Translations under genes and position numbers: made by a program | Notes under the pieces: generated by a model | Databases searched by the model: none | What the model was told of the DNA's origin: nothing | Seen by the model: the letters and a program-made list of their open reading frames with translations, nothing else | Shown here: positions 28,493 through 37,970 of the stretch, piece after piece | Numbering within the stretch: position 1 is the stretch's first letter | How the letters are laid out: the number at the start of each line of letters is the position of its first letter | IMG/VR virus record: IMGVR_UViG_3300037520_001345 | From: an uncultured virus (IMG/VR IMGVR_UViG_3300037520_001345) | Lineage: Duplodnaviria; Heunggongvirae; Uroviricota; Caudoviricetes | Direction: 5' to 3' (one strand) | DNA: 64,000 nucleotides

Positions 28493-30379
28493 TTATGATT
28501 CAGTACAGGGTTTCGTTGTTATCTTACAATAGTAAACATTTAATTTAACGGTCGTGGATCCAACAATTGCTTCTGGATTATATTTTAAAGAGTATTTTAC
28601 TATGGTTTTACCTGTGTCAAAATCAGGAGCTATAGTGCTATTATTATAGTTATTTATACAGGTTTGTAAAGATTCTGGATCACATAAATTAGTATAGTTT
28701 GGTGCATTAACTCCACCATAATAATAACCTCCTGAATATGATCTAGTACAAGCCTCCCACCCTGGGGTCACTGTTTCAGGCATTTCTATCTCATATTCGT
28801 ATGTATCTGTTGTACGAACTTCTTCTACTCTTTTCATAGTGCAATATTTGGGTTTAAAAGTGCATTTTTCAGCTTGATATGATATATCTGTTCTACATTC
28901 TGATGTTCCTATATTAGTTTTAATATTTTCTGTGTATGAAGGACCAGCTGTCCAACAGCTATTGGTCTGATTTGCTCTGTCTCTATTATTGTTCATAAAA
29001 TCTTTATCACAACATAATCCTGTAGTATAACTATTTGGTGGTTCATAACATCTATTTTCATCTCCATCTCCGTGCTCACATCCTCCATTCAAACAGGCAT
29101 ATTTAGAAGAAAATTCTTTTGCTCCCACAGGAACAAAACTGCCTGATTGACAGGTACCATTATAACAATACCATTTTACAGACGGTGGGGTGAAGTCATC
29201 GTTAGGACATAGTGGAGGAGCATAATAATAGTAACCATAATAATATCCATAATAATAATCATTAGAATTATTTTGATTACAACAATCGCTTCCAATATTA
29301 GAAAATGTTCCCCAGTTTAATCCGTTATTTCCTAATGAAGTATAATTAGCAAATGTACAATCATCATATTCAGAACATTTTAAACACGGTTGACATGTAC
29401 AAGCACAATCTTCTTTTTCAAATCTCCATGATTTACGAAAGATTTGGGTGTCTATTTTTGTATAATGTTCTTTGGGTTCTTTTCCAGGACAGCATGATCC
29501 GACACAAGAACCATCACCGCTTTGTCCTACACATCTCTGAGGAGGGTCGCAATTAGTGACACATGTATAACACTTGTCAGGATAGGATGATACTGGAAAA
29601 TTATTATAGAAATAATTACCATTATTATAATAATAATACCAGCTATAATAACTATAAAAACTTTCGCAAGATGTTTCGGGGTACTCTGGATATTCTTCAA
29701 CACAAACGTACGGATCTTTAACTAATTCATACTCAACTGTATATGTTTTTTTTACAATAGCATATGAGTAGTCGCATCCAGCCGACCCGTCGTGATTCTC
29801 ATTTTCTGCACAATTCCAACCTGTCGGTAATGCACAACATCTTTTCCTGTCTTCTCCGTTGATAGCTTGACAATTATCATAAGATGAATATGTTCCATTC
29901 ACACATCTCCGGGTCTTGCAGTTTACTAATCTCGGAAAAGTACAGTCTCCTCTTTCATCATCGCATTTTGGCCTTTGTTCTCCCGACCATCCCCACCAAA
30001 AACCCATACCCCATGTATTGCTAGTACAAGCATTAGAATAGTTTTGATAATAATCATTATATCCATAATTCCACCAGTAGTTATAAAAATTATTATATGA
30101 CCAAGAATAATAATAATTAGATCCACAAACTCTTGGATAATTACATAGATATTCGTCTGGGGCTTCTACTTCACTATATAAAAAGATTAAATCGTCACCT
30201 ATTTTACCATAATATCCCCATGACCCTCCACTAAACCATGCGTTCAAAGTATTTCCACTACAAGCATTAAATGTGCTTTTTGTATTAGAACAAGTATCTG
30301 GATAACATTTTCTGGAAGATTGCCCAGATGTGTCGCAATCCTGTATGGCTCCATTAGTATCTATATATTGATATGTCAT
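28493..30379 (-). CDS. Cys/Tyr-rich putative virion (receptor-binding) protein, 628 aa
   Basis: GGGGAG SD and TAATG coupling give a start at 30379; 50 Cys by hand count; aromatic-rich loops. Confidence 0.7.
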   Translation of the reverse strand: MTYQYIDTNGAIQDCDTSGQSSRKCYPDTCSNTKSTFNACSGNTLNAWFSGGSWGYYGKIGDDLIFLYSEVEAPDEYLCNYPRVCGSNYYYSWSYNNFYNYWWNYGYNDYYQNYSNACTSNTWGMGFWWGWSGEQRPKCDDERGDCTFPRLVNCKTRRCVNGTYSSYDNCQAINGEDRKRCCALPTGWNCAENENHDGSAGCDYSYAIVKKTYTVEYELVKDPYVCVEEYPEYPETSCESFYSYYSWYYYYNNGNYFYNNFPVSSYPDKCYTCVTNCDPPQRCVGQSGDGSCVGSCCPGKEPKEHYTKIDTQIFRKSWRFEKEDCACTCQPCLKCSEYDDCTFANYTSLGNNGLNWGTFSNIGSDCCNQNNSNDYYYGYYYGYYYYAPPLCPNDDFTPPSVKWYCYNGTCQSGSFVPVGAKEFSSKYACLNGGCEHGDGDENRCYEPPNSYTTGLCCDKDFMNNNRDRANQTNSCWTAGPSYTENIKTNIGTSECRTDISYQAEKCTFKPKYCTMKRVEEVRTTDTYEYEIEMPETVTPGWEACTRSYSGGYYYGGVNAPNYTNLCDPESLQTCINNYNNSTIAPDFDTGKTIVKYSLKYNPEAIVGSTTVKLNVYYCKITTKPCTES

Positions 30380-33300
30380 TATATACTCCCCAAAACACAA
30401 TTACTTTTTTTCACACTGGTTGTATCGCACATTAATAATTTTGAATTAAGTGGAGTATATTTTACAACAGGACACTTAAATTTATTACTAGTATTTCTTG
30501 GTAGACAAATTTTATTTAAACGAGATGAACTACCGGATATCACGCCTGCTCCAGTGCCTGAAGATCCGCTACCTCCACCAGAACCAAAAAAAGCTATAAT
30601 TAAATTATGATATACCTCAACTTTTATCGTGATATTAATAGATTCTTGTCCATAACAAGGACATTGTCCGGGAGGATTATCCTGATCTTGTTTATTTTTA
30701 TAACTGATTTCATAAGTTTTTTTACGAATTTTTACAGATTCTGTCAATTCTTTAGCTTTATCTTGAGGCACAAAAACCGTTTTAGTTTTTGTATAGGCTT
30801 TGCGCTCACGAGTATAATGAGAGTGTTGTGTTGGTGTTAAAGTTTCTATATTTGTTTTAGTTCTATAACAAGAAGTCTCCTGGTCTTGCCTATAATATGG
30901 GATAAAATACTGTCCTTCTTGTGGTGATATTAATGTACATTGACAACTAGATACGTGTCCTTGGTATATTGTTAAACGATCTTCTAGATTAGAGCATGGA
31001 GAGTAGTCCGAACCACTTTTATTTTCACCATTACACTGATACTGACTCTGGAAACTACTAGCAGCACAATGTGATAAATTACAAGGAGGTCTAGATACTT
31101 CTCCATTAGAAGCTGTACATGTTCCATAATTATACCACCATCCATAATAATAACAAAATCCACCATAATAATATCCACAATAATTATAATAACCATTCCA
31201 ATTATATCCATAATTCGACCCGTCTGTAATGCCATCGGAGGTATTACACGAAGCTCTACAACCTATTGACCACTCTCGACTATTAGCAATTTGGGCTAGA
31301 GCTAATGATGATTGACATGAACACTGACAATAACAATTAGATCTAGCAGTCTGGTCTTGATATTGATTGCAGTTATTGTTGCATTCTGATTGTTGTCTAT
31401 AAACTTGACAATTTTCATTATTAATTCTAGCTTGTTCCTCTATGTTTTTATTATATATCCCTACTGTATCAGCTGGGTCGTCATCTAATATGCTAATCGG
31501 TCCATCTAAAATAGATCTACTTACTTCGAATTCTTTAATATATTGAGGATCAACATTGGCACACGCATCTTCATATGTTCTTAGTTCTTGTTCTGTTGGC
31601 CCATCAATTTTTGCAAAACACGACGGGGCTACTGTACATAATCCGTCATTTAAATATCCTCCACATAATGGTACTGTTTTAACAGTATATTTTGTGCAAT
31701 AGCCATCGTATTGTCCTAATTCACATATGCTTAAGTCTACAGAGTATGTACATGTTTTACCCCCTGTAGGAGAATCAGCTAAATCAGCATATTTAGGACA
31801 ATGACACTCTTGTTCAGCAGCTTCTTGATAACTTAAAGTATGTCCACATGGCTTAGGTCCACAATATCTACAAGCTAAATAATAATCTTCTGGTTTGCTT
31901 ATATCTTTACATCCTACCAACGTATAATTTTCTTCCCAGTCTGGTCCAAAACGCTGGGACATTTCGTTATTAGCATCAGAGCAGCTAAAATCTTGTTGAT
32001 TAAAAAAATTATCAGGAGGAGATCCTCCTGTCACTGGATCTCCATTGCTATTGCACGAAAAAGTCCCTTCTGCTATAGTACGAGATACTGTAAAAGTTGC
32101 ATTATTGTCTTTAGTTTTTAGTGTCAAATCATCGAAACAAGATTTGATACTAACATTTCCTTCTATGTCTTTATCTAAAGAAAATTGACATCTAAAATTA
32201 TCCACCTCTAACCTGAATAAAAGTCCTGGAGCAATACAATTATCTGTACCTTTAATAGTAAAAGTTTTTGTAATACAATATTTTGTGTCCGCCTCTGGAT
32301 CATATTCTTTCAAAGGAGGACTAATATTATTAGGATGGGAAACAATACTTCTGTATTTTTCTTCATTCGATAAAATAACGGATAGAGGAGGAGTATTAAT
32401 AATCGCATTACCAGGATCGAGAATAGATGGACTAAGATCTATAAAATTACCAGGAGTATATTCAGAACCTAAACTATAATCTTTAGGAAAAATATATTCA
32501 CATTTATCAGTAATTATATTACAAAAATAATTTACTAAAAATGATGTACCAACACTATTAAGAGTAGTAGATGTACATGGAATTGGTACCGTAGATGCGT
32601 TTCTAAAAAAGTGGAATCTAGGATTGGTAATATTATGTAAATATGGTAATATATTTTCTTTAAGTTTTAATACAAAATACTCTGTTGTTGCTCGAATAGT
32701 ACCTTTGGCATTTGTTGGTTGGCTGATAGAATCCAAACATTGTGGATTTGTATTAGGATCTGTAGCGCTTTGACAGTTAACATCAACTTTGTAATCATTC
32801 CAAAAACTATAGCATCTATCTCTTTGTTGGGCCTGAGAGTTTGCACAGTTCCAGTCTCCTGGCTCACAGCAATAATCAATATTTCCACAGTCTCCCGGAA
32901 AAGAAACAGAAACTACATCGAAATACTGACTATCTTGTGCTGTTAGTCCTAGTTTATCCCATAAATCTCCTATACTTAAACTATATTCATCTTGACAGAT
33001 ATTTTTTTTATATCTTGATGAACATAAAGAAGCATCTCCTTGGCAAGTATATTTTAATTTTTTTAGTACCTTATAAACTTGATTAGATTTAAATATAATT
33101 CCTTTTTTTGTTAATAGTTGCCATTCTGTGTTATGAGGTATGTCTATCCAAAAGAAATTTTCATTATACGGTATCTGCATAGAAAAATTCAAAGGTTTTG
33201 GTTGTAAAAAATCTTCGAAGAAAACAATACCGCCATTAGATTTAACAGGTTGGTGCTTCTCTAGACTAGAAAAAATATGAAGATCTAATAATGGAGAAAA

Positions 33301-36300
33301 ATCTTTAGTTTTTAATAAATTAAAGTTTGTAGTATCTTTATTATAAGAGAGGGGAGCTATTTTAGTATTACATAATGTTAGAGCTCCACCTATACCAGCA
33401 ACTAAAGACTTAGGAAACATTGAGTCTTTATTTATTGTTTCATGTTTATGATAGCACAATCTAGTTGTTTGTTTAAGATCATTATTATTAGTATTAGCTA
33501 TTACGGAATACGACCTTAAAGACACAGTACCTGTAATATATGCTGTATTACTATTGGTGCAACCGCTCTGATTTTGTTCTATTTTAACAATAGCGTATAG
33601 TCCTAAGTATGAGGATTTATTACTATAGAAAGTAAATTGATTATTGTTATTTACTCTTTGTCTTGATACCTCGCTACCATTATAGTACAATACAACATCA
33701 TATTTTTGTGTTTGTATACTATTAGCTCTATCGATATTAATTTCAATTCTTATAGGTCCTGTATATGTTCCAACATAAATATAATCTTGCCTACCAGAAA
33801 TAGAACCAGATGATATAATCATATCTCCTTGAGGATTAGGATTTCCTACTGGATATTGATTATTTTGGCCCAATACATGTAGTATTCGTTGATTGCTATA
33901 TTTTTCTGCCCATATTCTAGTTAATGGAAAATAATAAGACTTATTATCTGGATCATATCCATTATAGAAAGCTAATGGAACACCCCATGTAAAATATGTA
34001 TTTGGATATACTGAAGTTCTTAAAGTGGAATTATTATATTTAGGTAATGCTTGTGTAGCATTTAGAGCTGCTTTACCATATGACATATTCCCCCATTTAC
34101 CTACAGAAATGTAATCATCTCTCACTGTTTTATATGGTCTTAGAACAAGAATAGACGGAACATAATCATCCAGCTCTTCGTTAATCTTTCTAATTAATCC
34201 GGAAGAATAGTCGATACCTTGATCTATATTTTTGGACGGTAAATTTTGTCTGAGATATATAATATTATCTTGAATATAGTTTATAGTAGCCTCAAAATTT
34301 TTGTTTAAATTCAGCCGACTATATAAAACAACTTTCCATGTTTGATATGTTGGATTAACAATATCAAAATACGAAGTAGCTCTATTAGTTCCGTCTAAAC
34401 TAGTAATTCTTATAGAATCGACTCCAACTTGTTCATAAATTAAATCATTAATAAATCTTCCGTGATCATTAACAAAATAATCTAAATTAATGTATTCAAA
34501 TGGCACTAAATCAAGAATTAAACTCTCTGTTGGAGTATATCTAATTTTACGCCATTTATCTGTAACTAAATATGCTCCTCCTTGTGTTGGAATACCTAAA
34601 TACTTAGCATATGCTATATTTTCTTTTTGATAAACAGATAAATTTGTTTCATTAAATATAAAGTTGTATCCTTCTAAATATTCTTCATCATACATACTAT
34701 ATGCACTATAAAAATAGTTAGTAGCACTTTGAAATTTAATATCTAGATTATATCCTACCCAACCACCAATATTATCAGCTGCTGCAACAGTGAAAGATCT
34801 TTCATTGCACAAGAATGTGTAGTCAACATTATGCGCTCCGTTGCATGGAAAAATCCAATACGGATATTTTCCTGGTTCTATAACATCTCCATTGATCACT
34901 AAATCATCATCAACAAATCCTTTTATATTTACATAAACTGGTAATGCTATATTATTCGGTATAGTAATAATTTTTTCACCAGCTATTTGAGGATTACAGT
35001 AACCTCCCCAATTAACACTACTTCCATAAGATATGCTTTGTGTAGCAAGAACTGTTGTTCCTTGAGGTAAGACTGCCGTTTTATTTGAGTATCGACTATC
35101 ATAAGTCCAACCAAAATTGGGATGGAAAAATCCCTTACTACCTACCATAGAGAATCCAGCACTAACAACCTGTTGTGTATATGTATTTTGTATTGCATCT
35201 AGAGATACTCCCCACTGAATCTCTGGATCATCAGCCGTAGCTCCTCCGAATGTTACTTGTACACTAGCGGGACTTGCTGTAGACTTGGTAAGTATTAATT
35301 CGTCAGATCCTGTTTTAGTTGAAGTAACCGCCTTACCATTCCAGAGCAGAGAAAATTTACCTTTGCTAGCTTGTGTCGTTAGTTTTAGAGTAGCTGGATA
35401 AGGAATATCAAAATAGACTGTTCCATTCCCACATCCGGCTCTTGAGTATTTACAAGATTCATTGGAAGGAAAAATAGGAGCATGAGATTTGGGAAGTGGT
35501 GTTCCAGGTGATGGATGACCAGGTATAATGATTCCATTTTCTCCAACTAAATTGGATAATAATCCTCCATAGTACATACCTGATGGTAAATAATATGTAG
35601 ATGTATTAGGAATACCAACATTATTAAACTCATTAGATGCTTGTTGAATACCTATATTTGGATGTATAGATGTTAAGGACTGACAATCACATTCTTGAGA
35701 ATTGGTTTCTATAAAAGCAGGACAAGATGGCTTAGAAGCACTTCTTAAATAATTAAGATTAAAATTTTCTTTAATGCGTAATTGACTATTACTAGCTGTA
35801 GTAAATCCTATGCTTATAGCAGCTGGGCCGGTTTCAAATGTATCATAAACTCTATTTGCAGGACGATAGTTGTCGATAAAAAAGGGTTTATCATCGAATT
35901 GTTTCGTATTATTATATTTAGCAGAGCCTGAGAAGGTTATTTTTAAATTATATGAGATTATTCCACCAAAATTATTTTTAACAGCTATGGTGAAGAATGA
36001 CGAGGAAGTTTTAAATAAGTAATCTATACTATGGTCGTTGTTGCATTTGTATGTTCCCGAAGCATATCTTCCGCAGTCGATTATGGTTCCATTTACTAAT
36101 AAATCATCGCTTACATTACCTGTGATTCTAACATAGTATGGACCAGAACCCAAACCATCTGGGATATTAACTGTTTGTTGTCCATAGGTTGATCCAGAGC
36201 AGTATCTCGCCTTGGGTAATTCTCCAGTATCTTCTTGAAATTCATGCTGGGTACCAGCTACTGTTCCCTTGGCTTGAGCACCTGATCCTCCTCCTCCACT

Positions 36301-37959
36301 AAAACTAATAGACGGAGATTTAGTAAAACCCGAACCAGGATTAGTGATGATAACCCTAGTTACTTGTCCGCTAGAGGTTAATTCTGCTTCGGCAACACCT
36401 TCTGTTCCGCAACCAATCAAATATATCGTTGGTTGTGAATAATATCCTGTTCCACGATTTTGTAAATTGATATTTGTAATAAGTCCATCTTCAGATACTT
36501 GTGCAACAGCTGTGGCTCCTGTTCCACCTCCACCAACTATGTAAACCTTTGGTGGAGTAAAGTAATTTTTACCTGGATTGATGATATTAATTTCTTGTAA
36601 TGCTCCATCTCCAATAACAGCTATTCCTGTTGCTCCTCCTGCTCCCGAATCAGACGCGGATGGCTGTATACTTACGGTAGGAGGAGAGGTATAATCGGAC
36701 CCTCCATTGATCATGGTAATAGAAATGACTCCACCTAAGTTAAGATTAAATTCATTATCACAAGCTTGTCCTAATTTAATATCTGTATTAATTTTTACTC
36801 CACCAAAACCATGAAATTGTATATTAGAAATATTAGGATCAAATGTTCCGGACACTACAGGAGATAGGTTATAACCTAAAACTTTATCATTAAGAGTAAA
36901 TGTATTTAGTCTATGAGTATCAGCCAAGACAGTACTATTATACTTTGTCATAATGGGATTAACAAAACCAGATGGAGCTGCTTTAAATAATAAGTCTCCA
37001 ACACTATAAGCAACAGAATATCCTGCTCCAGGATTATTAGATGGAACAAAAAGTTGTTGATTTGAACTAATAGAGATATTGGGTCCGGTATCGCTAGTAA
37101 AATTAGAAGTAAAAATTGTTGTAGAGTTTGGAGGAATTACAAGCTGCAAACCACATTTAGAAACTAGTTTATAAATTAAATCACTTTTAGATTGAATATA
37201 ATTATTGGTTCCAATATCATTATATGGTTTATCTGACATTAATTTTAAGAAAGGTAGTATTCTATAATATTCATCTCTAGGATATTGAATAGATTCTACC
37301 GTCCATCCTGGCTCAAACTTTTCACACTCGTCTATTCCTGCTCCTGTTAGAATCTCAGTAACCCAATCTATCTGAGGGCCAGAAGATAACAGCTTTGATA
37401 ACCAGTCTACATCACACGTAATTTTAGCAGATGTCAATGATTGTTTAATTAATCGTGCGCTATTTTTTAAATTATCAGTAACATTTGGTGCTCCATTAAT
37501 AATAGCAAAATCACCATCTGAAATATATAAATCGACACCAGGAACTAGTCTATTGTCATTTTCTCTATTTATATCCCAATATCTATACCAAAATAAAATA
37601 GTTTCATTATAATTAGCACAAGGTTGAAAATTAACAACCCAATCTAAATTCATAAATAAGGGTCCAGTTACAGACCAATTTTTTAAACCCTGTGTTTGCG
37701 GAATATATAAGAAATTAGCAACACCCAAACCATTCGGAGTGCTAGATTGACAAGTATTACTGGTATATTCTTTCCATATGGACCCATCGATGGATTTTGG
37801 TTGAGTTGTATGAAAATAGGGCATCCATACGCCGCTATACGAAACATCGTACGGCTTTATATAATCTGCTAAATCATAGTTAAAAACAGTATTATCTATA
37901 TTGTTTAATAATTCATATACTAATAAATTATTCTTAATATCACAATCACAGGCGGCCAT
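30379..37959 (-). CDS. Large tail/baseplate-associated protein (2526 aa) with GxGYTxxPxV repeats, duplicated beta domain and Cys-rich C-terminus
   Basis: Four NxGxxYxxxPxV/I repeats; AAAGGA SD; position in tail module. Confidence 0.7.
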   Translation of the reverse strand: MAACDCDIKNNLLVYELLNNIDNTVFNYDLADYIKPYDVSYSGVWMPYFHTTQPKSIDGSIWKEYTSNTCQSSTPNGLGVANFLYIPQTQGLKNWSVTGPLFMNLDWVVNFQPCANYNETILFWYRYWDINRENDNRLVPGVDLYISDGDFAIINGAPNVTDNLKNSARLIKQSLTSAKITCDVDWLSKLLSSGPQIDWVTEILTGAGIDECEKFEPGWTVESIQYPRDEYYRILPFLKLMSDKPYNDIGTNNYIQSKSDLIYKLVSKCGLQLVIPPNSTTIFTSNFTSDTGPNISISSNQQLFVPSNNPGAGYSVAYSVGDLLFKAAPSGFVNPIMTKYNSTVLADTHRLNTFTLNDKVLGYNLSPVVSGTFDPNISNIQFHGFGGVKINTDIKLGQACDNEFNLNLGGVISITMINGGSDYTSPPTVSIQPSASDSGAGGATGIAVIGDGALQEINIINPGKNYFTPPKVYIVGGGGTGATAVAQVSEDGLITNINLQNRGTGYYSQPTIYLIGCGTEGVAEAELTSSGQVTRVIITNPGSGFTKSPSISFSGGGGSGAQAKGTVAGTQHEFQEDTGELPKARYCSGSTYGQQTVNIPDGLGSGPYYVRITGNVSDDLLVNGTIIDCGRYASGTYKCNNDHSIDYLFKTSSSFFTIAVKNNFGGIISYNLKITFSGSAKYNNTKQFDDKPFFIDNYRPANRVYDTFETGPAAISIGFTTASNSQLRIKENFNLNYLRSASKPSCPAFIETNSQECDCQSLTSIHPNIGIQQASNEFNNVGIPNTSTYYLPSGMYYGGLLSNLVGENGIIIPGHPSPGTPLPKSHAPIFPSNESCKYSRAGCGNGTVYFDIPYPATLKLTTQASKGKFSLLWNGKAVTSTKTGSDELILTKSTASPASVQVTFGGATADDPEIQWGVSLDAIQNTYTQQVVSAGFSMVGSKGFFHPNFGWTYDSRYSNKTAVLPQGTTVLATQSISYGSSVNWGGYCNPQIAGEKIITIPNNIALPVYVNIKGFVDDDLVINGDVIEPGKYPYWIFPCNGAHNVDYTFLCNERSFTVAAADNIGGWVGYNLDIKFQSATNYFYSAYSMYDEEYLEGYNFIFNETNLSVYQKENIAYAKYLGIPTQGGAYLVTDKWRKIRYTPTESLILDLVPFEYINLDYFVNDHGRFINDLIYEQVGVDSIRITSLDGTNRATSYFDIVNPTYQTWKVVLYSRLNLNKNFEATINYIQDNIIYLRQNLPSKNIDQGIDYSSGLIRKINEELDDYVPSILVLRPYKTVRDDYISVGKWGNMSYGKAALNATQALPKYNNSTLRTSVYPNTYFTWGVPLAFYNGYDPDNKSYYFPLTRIWAEKYSNQRILHVLGQNNQYPVGNPNPQGDMIISSGSISGRQDYIYVGTYTGPIRIEINIDRANSIQTQKYDVVLYYNGSEVSRQRVNNNNQFTFYSNKSSYLGLYAIVKIEQNQSGCTNSNTAYITGTVSLRSYSVIANTNNNDLKQTTRLCYHKHETINKDSMFPKSLVAGIGGALTLCNTKIAPLSYNKDTTNFNLLKTKDFSPLLDLHIFSSLEKHQPVKSNGGIVFFEDFLQPKPLNFSMQIPYNENFFWIDIPHNTEWQLLTKKGIIFKSNQVYKVLKKLKYTCQGDASLCSSRYKKNICQDEYSLSIGDLWDKLGLTAQDSQYFDVVSVSFPGDCGNIDYCCEPGDWNCANSQAQQRDRCYSFWNDYKVDVNCQSATDPNTNPQCLDSISQPTNAKGTIRATTEYFVLKLKENILPYLHNITNPRFHFFRNASTVPIPCTSTTLNSVGTSFLVNYFCNIITDKCEYIFPKDYSLGSEYTPGNFIDLSPSILDPGNAIINTPPLSVILSNEEKYRSIVSHPNNISPPLKEYDPEADTKYCITKTFTIKGTDNCIAPGLLFRLEVDNFRCQFSLDKDIEGNVSIKSCFDDLTLKTKDNNATFTVSRTIAEGTFSCNSNGDPVTGGSPPDNFFNQQDFSCSDANNEMSQRFGPDWEENYTLVGCKDISKPEDYYLACRYCGPKPCGHTLSYQEAAEQECHCPKYADLADSPTGGKTCTYSVDLSICELGQYDGYCTKYTVKTVPLCGGYLNDGLCTVAPSCFAKIDGPTEQELRTYEDACANVDPQYIKEFEVSRSILDGPISILDDDPADTVGIYNKNIEEQARINNENCQVYRQQSECNNNCNQYQDQTARSNCYCQCSCQSSLALAQIANSREWSIGCRASCNTSDGITDGSNYGYNWNGYYNYCGYYYGGFCYYYGWWYNYGTCTASNGEVSRPPCNLSHCAASSFQSQYQCNGENKSGSDYSPCSNLEDRLTIYQGHVSSCQCTLISPQEGQYFIPYYRQDQETSCYRTKTNIETLTPTQHSHYTRERKAYTKTKTVFVPQDKAKELTESVKIRKKTYEISYKNKQDQDNPPGQCPCYGQESINITIKVEVYHNLIIAFFGSGGGSGSSGTGAGVISGSSSRLNKICLPRNTSNKFKCPVVKYTPLNSKLLMCDTTSVKKSNCVLGSI
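36260..36730 (-). repeat. Four tandem ~38-aa (I)xNxGxGYxxxPx(V/I)xxxGGGGxGAxA repeats
   Basis: INGGSDYTSPPTV, INPGKNYFTPPKV, QNRGTGYYSQPTI, TNPGSGFTKSPSI; motif familiar from phage virion proteins. Confidence 0.85.
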
Positions 37960-37970
37960 ACTATTCCTTT

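Noticed and set aside
28493..31220. Diversity-generating retroelement variable regions in the Tyr/Asn-rich loops
   Set aside because: No template/variable repeat pair differing at adenines and no reverse transcriptase in the window. A remote DGR elsewhere in the genome cannot be excluded.
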